Below are positions 54,737 to 64,000 of a DNA stretch of 64,000 nt, piece by piece (the stretch's first letter is position 1; every line of letters begins with the position of its first letter). Made by a program: the position numbers and the translations under genes. Source of the stretch: an uncultured Alphaproteobacteria bacterium (GTDB taxonomy: Bacteria > Pseudomonadota > Alphaproteobacteria > Bin95); assembly GCA_963807085.1 (NCBI GenBank), contig CAWEBB010000022.1, positions 119,406 to 183,405 on the forward strand, written 5' to 3'. The notes beneath the pieces are model-generated. The model was not told the origin of the DNA and searched no databases. It worked only from the letters and a program-made list of their open reading frames with translations.

Positions 54737-55285
54737 CTAGCGGGCGATCGAGCCGGTGCGCTCGATCTTTTTCTGCAACAGCAGAACACCGTAGAGCAAG
54801 GCCTCCGCCGTCGGCGGGCAGCCCGGCACGTAGATATCCACCGGCACAATACGGTCGCAGCCACGCACGACCGAGTAGCTGTAGTGATAGTAGCCGCCGC
54901 CATTGGCGCAAGAGCCCATGGAGATGACCCACCGCGGCTCCGCCATCTGGTCATAGACCTTGCGCAGGGCCGGCGCCATCTTGTTGCAGAGCGTGCCCGC
55001 CACGATCATCACGTCCGACTGGCGCGGCGACGGCCGGAACACAATACCGAACCGGTCCAGGTCATAACGGCTGGCGGCGGTTTGCATCATTTCGACCGCA
55101 CAGCAGGCCAAGCCAAACGTCATCGGCCAGAGGGAACCGGACCGCGCCCAGTTAACCAGCTTGTCCATCTGCGCGACGACGAAGCCTTTGTCCTCCAATT
55201 CATCGGAGACACCCCGCAGGATCGCGTCCTGATTGGGGCCGGGCCCAACCAGGCCGGCCGGGGCAGCAGGGGAAATCACTCCCAT
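54737..55285 (-). CDS. nuoB: NADH-quinone oxidoreductase subunit B
   Basis: [26 protein letters not shown]. Confidence 0.97.
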   Translation of the reverse strand: MGVISPAAPAGLVGPGPNQDAILRGVSDELEDKGFVVAQMDKLVNWARSGSLWPMTFGLACCAVEMMQTAASRYDLDRFGIVFRPSPRQSDVMIVAGTLCNKMAPALRKVYDQMAEPRWVISMGSCANGGGYYHYSYSVVRGCDRIVPVDIYVPGCPPTAEALLYGVLLLQKKIERTGSIAR

Positions 55286-55650
55286 TCCAGGGCTCCTTTC
55301 TTCCATTCATAGATAAAGCCGACGGTGAGTATTCCCAGAAAGATGACCATCGACCAGAAGCCGATCAACCCGATCCCGCCGAGCGAAACCGCCCAGGGAA
55401 AGAGAAAAGCGACTTCGAGATCGAAGATGATGAACAGGATCGCGACCAGGTAGTAACGCACGTCAAACCGGCCGCGCGCGTCGTCGAACGGCTCGAAACC
55501 GCATTCGTAGGCGGAGTTCTTTTCCGGGTCCGGCTTCTGGCGGCCGACCAGCAGCGAAGCCACCACCGCGATGGTGGCGATTGCGGTCGCTAATCCCAGA
55601 AACATCAGGATTGGCAGATATTCCACCAGCATAGGCTCAAGGCTCGGCAT
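55276..55650 (-). CDS. nuoA: NADH-quinone oxidoreductase subunit A
   Basis: [26 protein letters not shown]. Confidence 0.97.
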   Translation of the reverse strand: MPSLEPMLVEYLPILMFLGLATAIATIAVVASLLVGRQKPDPEKNSAYECGFEPFDDARGRFDVRYYLVAILFIIFDLEVAFLFPWAVSLGGIGLIGFWSMVIFLGILTVGFIYEWKKGALEWE

Positions 55651-55839
55651 GCTTCCTCGCCCTCACGCGTTCACGGTTGATTGGGTCGTCAGCGAACAGG
55701 TCTACCGCCGGCAGATATGGTTGCTGACTGCGCCTTTGGTCGCGGAAGGTGTAGGCGATGGGGCCGGCAAAGGCAACGCGCTTCGCCCGATTTCTCGCGA
55801 AAATTCAGATTGGTTAATTCGAATCATTGGAGAAGGGGG

Positions 55840-55916
55840 TGGCGGGAGTGACGGGACTCGAACCCGCGACCTCTGGCGTGACAGGCCAGCGCTCTAACCG
55901 ACTGAGCTACACCCCC
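55840..55916 (-). tRNA. tRNA-Asp(GTC)
   Basis: GGGGGTGTAGCTCAGTCGGTTAGAGCG-CTGGCCT-GTC-ACGCCAG...GGTTCGAGTCCC...GCCA; folds to a cloverleaf with encoded CCA. Confidence 0.97.
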
Positions 55917-56007
55917 GCATGGAATGCCCAGGCAACGGGCGCCCGGCAGACGAGGAAGCCGTATCTAGCCGCTGGCGCATACCGCGTCAACGGCCAATCA
56001 CCCAAAT

Positions 56008-56796
56008 CTATGCGTAATAAACACCGCCGTTGACCTGGATTACCTGGCCGGTGATGTAGGCGGCGTCCGGCAGGCACAGATGTCGCACCATCGCGGCCAC
56101 TTCTTCGGGGCGGCCCTTGCGCTGCAACGGGATGCTTTCGTTGCCAAGCGTACCGGGCAACGTGCCCGCCGCCTGGCCGCGCACGGTATCGATAGCGCCG
56201 GGGGAAACACTGTTCACGGTGATGCCATATTCCGCCAGATCCGTCGCCAGGCCGTGGGTGAAGCCTTCCAGGCCGCCCTTGGCGGCGCAGACATGGGCGC
56301 GGTTCTTGGTCCCGAGCCTGGTGGACACGCCCGACATGGTGACAATCCGCCCGCCGCGGCCGCCCGCGATCATGTGGGGCACGGCGTTGCTGATCACATG
56401 GAAGGCCCCGTTGAGCGCAACGTTGAGCACCTGGCTCCATTCCGCGAACGATATGTCGGGGAACGGCGTCTGACGTCGCATCGCGGGGTTGCTGATCGCA
56501 ATATCCAGCCGGCCGAAATCGGCGGCGACCCGATCGATCATGCCCTTGACCGCCGCGCCGTCGGTAACGTCGGCCATATAGCCGCGGGCGGCGCCCTGCC
56601 CGTGCGCGGCCTCGATCTCGGCCACGACAAACTCGACGGCGGCGCTGTCGCTCAGGCCGTTTACGGCGACGTGAGCGCCGATTTCGGCCAAATAGAGCGC
56701 GATCATCCGGCCAATATTCTTGCCCCCGCCGGTGACCAGCGCGACCTGTCCCGCCAGCGCCTTGCGGCTGACACCGCTTTCTATGGTCTCTTGCAT
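56008..56796 (-). CDS. SDR family oxidoreductase (atypical active site)
   Basis: TGGGKNIG, GRLDIAISNP, HVCAAKGG in place of YxxxK, ITGQVIQVNGG. Confidence 0.88.
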   Translation of the reverse strand: MQETIESGVSRKALAGQVALVTGGGKNIGRMIALYLAEIGAHVAVNGLSDSAAVEFVVAEIEAAHGQGAARGYMADVTDGAAVKGMIDRVAADFGRLDIAISNPAMRRQTPFPDISFAEWSQVLNVALNGAFHVISNAVPHMIAGGRGGRIVTMSGVSTRLGTKNRAHVCAAKGGLEGFTHGLATDLAEYGITVNSVSPGAIDTVRGQAAGTLPGTLGNESIPLQRKGRPEEVAAMVRHLCLPDAAYITGQVIQVNGGVYYA

Positions 56797-56834
56797 GGGC
56801 TTCCGTTTCCACCGGCGCATCGTCGACGGCAGGC

Positions 56835-56910
56835 TGGTGGGCGGTGACAGGCTCGAACTGCCGACCTACTGGGTGTAAACCAGCCGCTCTACCAACTGAG
56901 CTAACCGCCC
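56835..56910 (-). tRNA. tRNA-Val(TAC)
   Basis: GGGCGGTTAGCTCAGTTGGTAGAGCG-GCTGGTT-TAC-ACCCAGT...GTTCGAGCCTG...ACCA. Confidence 0.97.
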
Positions 56911-56921
56911 GATCCGGGTTG

Positions 56922-57039
56922 CTAGAGCATCGCCCGACCAAATTGAAACGCTCTTGCGATCAATTTGTCGGGGTAAGTGCTCTAATTCCTAAATTCAGAA
57001 CAAATTCATCCGATCCATGTGGAGCGGGATCTTCTCTAG
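56922..57039. repeat. Full-length 118-bp CTAG-bounded palindromic element (MITE / Bru-RS-like)
   Basis: CTAGAG...CTCTAG ends; internal hairpin TAGAGCA..CCCGAC.AAATTG / CAATTT.GTCGGG..TGCTCTA; related partial copies elsewhere in the window. Confidence 0.72.
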
Positions 57040-57198
57040 TGGCCTGACCGAAACGCTTGATACCGCAAGTGTTCTGTGGATCAGCCCACTGTCTCATTAC
57101 TTAATGGTCGGTTCAGCCGACGGATTGGTATTATCTGTTGGCACCGAACCTCCAGAAGGGGCGTTGAAAAATGATCAACGCCCAGACGGCGTCAGGGT

Positions 57199-57477
57199 CT
57201 AGCCGCTGTTCAGGGCGTCTTTCAAGCCCTTGCCGGCTTTGAATTTCGGTTGCACGGAGGCCGCGATATCGATCGTCTCGCCGGTGCGCGGGTTGCGGCC
57301 GGTCGTGGCCGCACGCTGGCTGGTCGCAAAAGTGCCGAAGCCGACCAGGCGGATGTCTTCACCCTTCTTCAACGTGCTGGTAATGGTGTCGAAGACGGCA
57401 TCGACCGCTTTCGCGGCGTCGGCGCGGGTGATATCGGCGTTTTCGGCAACTGCCGAAACAAGATCGTTTTTGTTCAA
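57199..57477 (-). CDS. hup: DNA-binding protein HU
   Basis: TTG start, NKNDLVSAVA, LVGFGTF, GRNPRTGE, PKFKAGKGLKD; follows lon. Confidence 0.95.
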   Translation of the reverse strand: MNKNDLVSAVAENADITRADAAKAVDAVFDTITSTLKKGEDIRLVGFGTFATSQRAATTGRNPRTGETIDIAASVQPKFKAGKGLKDALNSG

Positions 57478-57801
57478 CGAGAATCTCCCTGATCCCACAA
57501 GCTCGCGGCTCAATGCCACTATCAAAATATTAGTGAACAGAGCACTAGGAGCGGCAGGATACGCCACCGACGCACTCGGTCAATCACAGATCGCATTCAT
57601 GTTACCGTTTTTTCAGGGCTTAAGCCCAAACGGCCCCGAAGATATCCACGATATCCACCGTGCGGGGATGATGTAATCCGGCCGCCACCGCCCGAGAAGC
57701 CGCATCCGCCGTCACGCCTGGCAGCGCTTCAACCGCCGCGGTTCTCGATTTTCGGGCAAGCCCTGCGCCGAATGGCCGAAGGGGTCGCCGAACGCCGCGA
57801 C

Positions 57802-57881
57802 CCAATCAGGAGCCCCTGCCCGGGGGACAGACCGCTTGGCTCTGCGGTCCGACGCGCCGGGCAGGGAGCATTGGTGATTGG
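57802..57881. other. Long nested hairpin downstream of lon
   Basis: CCAATCA/TGATTGG, CCCTGCCCGG/CCGGGCAGGG and GACCGC/GCGGTC nested stems. Confidence 0.55.
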
Positions 57882-57909
57882 TCCTGATGCCGGGCCTTCC
57901 TGCTTTGCC

Positions 57910-60285
57910 TTAATGCTTGACGACGCCGCCGGAGACTTTCCCGTCGGAGTCCATGACCTCGGGGGTCCATTCGATGGCAACCGGCAACTCAGTCAGGGCG
58001 AGGGCCAGGACCTCGTCAACGGTTTCCACCGCAATAATCTCCAGCCCTTCCTTCACATTGTCGGGAACGTCCGCCAGATCCTTCTCATTATCCTTTGGAA
58101 TCAGCACTTTTGTAATGCCGCCCCGCAACGCTGCCAGCAATTTCTCCTTCAGTCCGCCGATCGGCAGGACGCGGCCCCGCAAAGTAATTTCGCCGGTCAT
58201 GGCGACATTGCGCCGGACGGGGATATCCGAAAGAGCCGAAATGATGGCGGTGCACATGGCGACGCCGGCGGACGGACCGTCCTTTGGCGTAGCGCCCTCT
58301 GGCACGTGGACGTGGATGTCGCGCTTGTCAAACTCCGGCGGGATGATGCCGTAGTTCAGCAGGCGCGAACGCACATAGCTGCGCGCGGCCTGCACCAACT
58401 CCTGCATCACGTCGCCCAGCTTGCCGGTATGCGAAACATTGCCCTTGCCCGGCATGGTTGCAGCTTCAACTTGTAGCAACTCGCCGCCGACTTCCGTCCA
58501 GGCAAGACCGGTAACGACGCCGACCAGGTCCTCCAATTCGGCCTCGCCGTAGCGGAATTTGCGGACGCCCGCCATGTCGCCGAGATTTTCCGGGGTGATA
58601 ACGATCTCGGTCTTGTCGCTGGTGGCGATCTCTTTCAGGCTCTTGCGTGCCAGGTTCGCGATTTCGCGCTCCAGATTGCGGACGCCCGCCTCCCGCGTGT
58701 AGTAGCGGATCAGGTCGCGCACCGCATCGTCTTCCAGCGTCCATTCTCCCTTTCGAAGGCCGTTATCCTTCTGCACCTTCGGAATCAGGTGGCGCTTGGC
58801 GATTTCGACCTTCTCATGCTCGGTGTAGCCCGGGATCCGGATGATCTCCATGCGGTCCAGCAATGGCTGCGGCATACGCAGCGTGTTGGCCGTGGTCACG
58901 AACATCACGTCCGAAAGGTCGTACTCCACCTCCAGATAGTGATCCATGAACGTGTTGTTCTGGGCCGGGTCCAACACCTCCAGCAGGGCGGAGGCGGGGT
59001 CGCCGCGCCAATCAGCCCCCAGCTTGTCGATTTCGTCCAGCAGGAAGAAGGGATTGGACTTCTTGGCCTTCTTCATGCCCTGGATGATCTTGCCGGGCAT
59101 CGAGCCGATATAGGTCCGCCGGTGGCCGCGAATTTCCGCTTCGTCGCGCACGCCGCCGAGCGACATACGCACGAACTCGCGGCCTGTCGCCCGCGCGATC
59201 GACTGTCCGAGCGACGTCTTGCCGACGCCAGGCGGACCGACCAGACACAGGATCGGACCCTTGACGACGCGCGTGCGCTGCTGCACGGCTAGGTATTCGA
59301 CGATGCGCTCCTTCACCTTTTCCAGGCCGTAATGGTCTGCATCCAGGATCTCCTGCGCCTTGGCCAGATCCTTCGACACCTTGCTGCGCTTCTTCCACGG
59401 AATGGAAAGCATCCAGTCCAGGTAGTTGCGCACCACGGTGGCTTCGGCCGACATGGGGCTCATGTTGCGGAGCTTTTTCATCTCCGCCTGCGCCTTTTCC
59501 CGGGCTTCCTTGCTGAGCTTGGTCTTTTCGATGCGCTCTTCCAGCTCGGCGATTTCGTCCTTGCCGTCCTCGCCGTCGCCAAGCTCTTTCTGAATGGCCT
59601 TCATCTGCTCATTCAAATAGTACTCGCGCTGGGTCTTCTCCATTTGGCGCTTCACGCGGCTGCGGATGCGCTTTTCCACCTCCAGCACATCGATTTCGCC
59701 TTCCATGTGCGCGAACACGCGCTCCAGCCGCTCGCGTACCGAGCCCAGTTCCAGCAGTTCCTGCTTTTCCGGAATCTTCAGCGACAGGTGAGCCGCCACG
59801 GTGTCGGCGAGCTTCACAGGATCTTCCACCTGGTTGATCGAGACCAACACTTCCGGCGGGATCTTTTTGTTCAGCTTAACGTAGGACTCGAACTGACTTA
59901 CCACTGTACGGGCCAATGCCGCTTCTTCGGCGCCGGTTTCCGCGACGTCTTCCAGCGGCTCGGCTTCTGCTTCCAGGAAGTCTTCATTTTCGAGATAGCG
60001 GGCAATTACCGCGCGCTTGGTCCCTTCGACAAGCACCTTTACCGTGCCATCCGGCAGCTTTAGCAACTGGAGGACGGTGCCGACCGTGCCGACCGTGTAA
60101 ATATCGTCCGCATGGGGGTCGTCGTCGGCCGCATCCTTCTGGGCAACCAGAAAGATCTGTTTATCGTTCTTCATCACCTCTTCGAGCGCGCGCACCGATT
60201 TGTCGCGGCCCACGAAGAGCGGCACAATCATGTGCGGAAATACGACGATATCGCGCAGTGGAAGAACGGGAAATGTTTCAGTCAT
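57910..60285 (-). CDS. lon: ATP-dependent protease La
   Basis: [37 protein letters not shown]. Confidence 0.98.
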   Translation of the reverse strand: MTETFPVLPLRDIVVFPHMIVPLFVGRDKSVRALEEVMKNDKQIFLVAQKDAADDDPHADDIYTVGTVGTVLQLLKLPDGTVKVLVEGTKRAVIARYLENEDFLEAEAEPLEDVAETGAEEAALARTVVSQFESYVKLNKKIPPEVLVSINQVEDPVKLADTVAAHLSLKIPEKQELLELGSVRERLERVFAHMEGEIDVLEVEKRIRSRVKRQMEKTQREYYLNEQMKAIQKELGDGEDGKDEIAELEERIEKTKLSKEAREKAQAEMKKLRNMSPMSAEATVVRNYLDWMLSIPWKKRSKVSKDLAKAQEILDADHYGLEKVKERIVEYLAVQQRTRVVKGPILCLVGPPGVGKTSLGQSIARATGREFVRMSLGGVRDEAEIRGHRRTYIGSMPGKIIQGMKKAKKSNPFFLLDEIDKLGADWRGDPASALLEVLDPAQNNTFMDHYLEVEYDLSDVMFVTTANTLRMPQPLLDRMEIIRIPGYTEHEKVEIAKRHLIPKVQKDNGLRKGEWTLEDDAVRDLIRYYTREAGVRNLEREIANLARKSLKEIATSDKTEIVITPENLGDMAGVRKFRYGEAELEDLVGVVTGLAWTEVGGELLQVEAATMPGKGNVSHTGKLGDVMQELVQAARSYVRSRLLNYGIIPPEFDKRDIHVHVPEGATPKDGPSAGVAMCTAIISALSDIPVRRNVAMTGEITLRGRVLPIGGLKEKLLAALRGGITKVLIPKDNEKDLADVPDNVKEGLEIIAVETVDEVLALALTELPVAIEWTPEVMDSDGKVSGGVVKH

Positions 60286-60343
60286 CAGACACCTCTACCT
60301 ATCGCCCGCGCCACTCAGCGCAAGCTCACCATCTTAACAGTCG

Positions 60344-60372
60344 AAATAGGTCCGCGGGTCAGCAAAAACAAG
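60344..60372 (-). promoter_or_regulatory. Putative RpoH (sigma32) promoter of lon
   Basis: CTTGTT-N16-CCTATTT resembles the alphaproteobacterial RpoH consensus CTTGAA-N15/16-CCTATAT. Confidence 0.55.
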
Positions 60373-60401
60373 TACACCAGGGATTATTAACCTATTACAA
60401 C

Positions 60402-60472
60402 CAGAGCAGATCCCGGTCCCTTGGAGTTGAGTGAAATCTGCTCGAAATTTCACAATGATGGCATTGCCCGAT
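60402..60472 (-). repeat. Partial copy of the palindromic repeat in the clpX-lon spacer
   Basis: Reverse complement GGGCAATGCC...AAATTTCGAGCAGATTTCACTCAACTCCAAGGGACCGGGATCTGCTCTG matches the right half of 56922-57039. Confidence 0.62.
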
Positions 60473-60515
60473 CAGCAGCCGTTTGGCTACGGCCGGCTCA
60501 AGGCGCTCAAGGCGC

Positions 60516-61790
<1,275 letters not shown>

Positions 61791-61947
61791 AGACTTCCCA
61801 ATTCGTCCGCGTACGTCAGCTCTATATGTTGGCAGGCTTATCGCTGCTCGACAATGGGGCAGGCTGTTTTAAGCGACTGCGTTCGCCATCGCGTACCGCT
61901 AATCTGACACAAAATCTTTAAGGAAATCTCAAACCTCGACACACAGT

Positions 61948-62628
61948 TCAGGCGAATTCCTTGACGTCAGATGCAGGGCGATGGGCGACGACTTCGTCCA
62001 CAATACCAAAGGCTTTGGACTCTTCCGCCGTCATGAAATGGTCACGTTCCAGCGCCCGTTCAATCTTTTCCATCGGCTGGCCGGTATGATGAACATAGAT
62101 CTCGTTCAGGCGTTGGCGGAGCGCCAAAATCTCGCGGGCGTGAATTTCGATATCGGATGCCTGGCCCTGAAAGCCGCCGGAAGGCTGATGCACCATGATC
62201 CGCGCATTCGGCAGGCAATAACGCTTGCCCGGTGCGCCGGCCGCCATCAGCAGCGACCCCATGCTGGCCGCCTGACCGATGCAGACGGTCGACACTTCGC
62301 AGCGGATATACTGCATGGTGTCATAGACCGCGAGGCCCGACGACACCACGCCGCCCGGGGAGTTGATGTAGAAATAGATATCCTTGCCCGGATTTTCGGC
62401 TTCCAGGAACAGCAACTGCGCGCAGATCAGACTGGCGACGCCGTCATGCACCGGGCCTGTCAGAAAGATGATCCGCTCCTTCAGCAGGCGCGAATAAATG
62501 TCATAGGCACGTTCGCCGCGGTTGGTGGTCTCCACCACCATCGGCACCAGCATATTCATCATCGGGTCGAACGATTGGTTGGACACGGCCGGCTGATTTG
62601 CCGTTTGATTCGACAGTTGGTTCGACAA
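61948..62628 (-). CDS. clpP: ATP-dependent Clp protease proteolytic subunit
   Basis: [29 protein letters not shown]; start could be TTG 62628 or ATG near 62562. Confidence 0.97.
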   Translation of the reverse strand: MSNQLSNQTANQPAVSNQSFDPMMNMLVPMVVETTNRGERAYDIYSRLLKERIIFLTGPVHDGVASLICAQLLFLEAENPGKDIYFYINSPGGVVSSGLAVYDTMQYIRCEVSTVCIGQAASMGSLLMAAGAPGKRYCLPNARIMVHQPSGGFQGQASDIEIHAREILALRQRLNEIYVHHTGQPMEKIERALERDHFMTAEESKAFGIVDEVVAHRPASDVKEFA

Positions 62629-62724
62629 GGGAGCGTGATCCTTCGTTGCTCTCGTTTGCGGCTCTCGTTTTAGCTTTCGTTCGCGACTCTCGGGGGCACT
62701 TCGCGAAGCGGGCTCTCGAAGAGC

Positions 62725-64000
62725 CTACTCGGTCTCTGCTGCCGAATCCTTGGCTTCCTCGGCATCAGCGGCATCGGGGTCGGCCATGATCTCCGCCGGT
62801 GGAACCTTCCGCACGGTGACATTGGCCAACTCTAAGATGTAGTCGACGACCTTGTCTTCCAAGATGGGTGCTTGCAGTTGCCCCAACATTTGCGGGTTCT
62901 CGCTATAAAACTTCTGCACCATCTCTTCCTGGCCGGGATACTGCGCCGCCTGCTGGGCGACCGCACGGCCAAGGTCTTCGCCGCTGACTTCGATATTGTT
63001 CCGGCGGCCGACTTCGGAGAGCAACAGACCCAGCCGTACGCGGCGTTCTGCCACTTTACGGTACTCTTCCTTTAGCTCTTCGTCGGTCTTGCCTTCGCGG
63101 ATTTCTTCGGCGTTCTCGCCTTCCAGTTGACCCTCGATCTCGCCCCAGATGCCCTGGAATTCCTGCTCTACCAGCACCTCCGGCAGCGGGAAATCGTGCA
63201 GTTTTTCCAGCCTGTCGAACAGGTCCCGTTTCACCCGGTTGCGGGCGGCGTCCTTGTACTGGCCCTCCATGAACTCGCGGACCTTGGTGCGCAGGTCGGC
63301 CACGTTTTCGGCGCCCATCTTCTCGGCGAGCGCGTCGTTGAGCTCGGCCGGGCCTAGGGTTTTCATGCCTTTGACGGTGACCTTGAAGCTGGCTTGCTTG
63401 CCCGCCAGGTGTTCTGCGCCGTAGTCTTCCGGAAATGTCACGGTGACCGTTTTTTCGTCGCCAACATTGGCGCCGATCAGTTGCTCTTCGAAACCCGGAA
63501 TAAACGAATTGCTGCCGAGTTGCAGTTCGTAGTCTTCCGCCGCGCCGCCGGGAAACAGTTCGCCGTCGATCGAGCCTTCGAAGTCGATCACCAGCACGTC
63601 GTCATTCGCTGCCGGCCGCGCTTCCTCGACATCTACTCGCTCGCGGGCGTTGTCTGCCATGCGGGTCAACATCTCGTCGATCTCGCTTTCGGGCACGTCC
63701 GGCTCCAGCCGCTCCAACTCCAGTGAGGAGAACTCAACCGGCGTGAAGTCGGGCAGCAGTTCCGCTTTCAGCTTGAACTTGAAGTCTTCGCCTTGTTCGA
63801 ACTCCACGTCGGCAATTTCAGGCTGCGCTGCAGGGCGCAGGCTGCGTTCCTCCATCACTGACTGAACGCTCTCGCGCACGGCCTCGTCGATGACTTCGCC
63901 GGTGACGGATTGGCCGAAGCGTTGGCGCAAAATCTTCATCGGCGTCTTGCCGGGACGGAAGCCCGGCAGATTGATCGTCGGGGCGGCCTCTTGCAGCTTC
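62725..64000 (-). CDS. tig: Trigger factor, 5' end beyond the window
   Basis: PGFRPGK at the window edge, IDFEG...FIPGFEEQLIG FKBP domain, AERRVRLGL. Confidence 0.97.
   Translation of the reverse strand, partial: KLQEAAPTINLPGFRPGKTPMKILRQRFGQSVTGEVIDEAVRESVQSVMEERSLRPAAQPEIADVEFEQGEDFKFKLKAELLPDFTPVEFSSLELERLEPDVPESEIDEMLTRMADNARERVDVEEARPAANDDVLVIDFEGSIDGELFPGGAAEDYELQLGSNSFIPGFEEQLIGANVGDEKTVTVTFPEDYGAEHLAGKQASFKVTVKGMKTLGPAELNDALAEKMGAENVADLRTKVREFMEGQYKDAARNRVKRDLFDRLEKLHDFPLPEVLVEQEFQGIWGEIEGQLEGENAEEIREGKTDEELKEEYRKVAERRVRLGLLLSEVGRRNNIEVSGEDLGRAVAQQAAQYPGQEEMVQKFYSENPQMLGQLQAPILEDKVVDYILELANVTVRKVPPAEIMADPDAADAEEAKDSAAETE

Noticed and set aside
55840-57039. tRNA-anchored prophage or genomic island
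   Set aside because: No integrase and no duplicated tRNA 3' end seen

Overview
High-GC alphaproteobacterial chromosomal segment made of two conserved core blocks flanking an accessory catabolic region. Left block (1.9-7.6 kb): mnmE-parS-mnmG-rsmG-parA-parB. Right block (37.4-64 kb, minus strand): tig-clpP-clpX-lon-HU-tRNA-Val-(SDR)-tRNA-Asp-nuoA-N-birA-coaX-rnj-mce-DUF1467. The ~30 kb between them starts with a decayed IS630 and holds organic-acid/acyl-CoA and sulfur-scavenging genes: CoA-transferase III, an orphan TcuA-like flavoprotein with dodecin, enoyl-CoA hydratase, a TRAP transporter, paired acyl-CoA dehydrogenases, UbiD, TauD plus sulfatase and an acyl-CoA synthetase. Most notable: (i) three tandem paralogous TRAP binding proteins, each preceded by the same TTGCGG-N18-TATMGT promoter-like motif and sharing one DctQM; (ii) an uncharacterised GGCT-like protein coupled to an N-formylglutamate amidohydrolase; (iii) a dispersed CTAG-bounded palindromic MITE-like repeat with at least 4 copies; (iv) a 38-aa small ORF missing from the ORF track. 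Many single-base indels break conserved genes (mnmE, tcuA, ubiD, rnj, coaX, birA, nuoF) and most likely reflect an unpolished long-read assembly. No CRISPR array, prophage or rRNA was seen. Family assignments come from motif recognition by eye, not from database searches.
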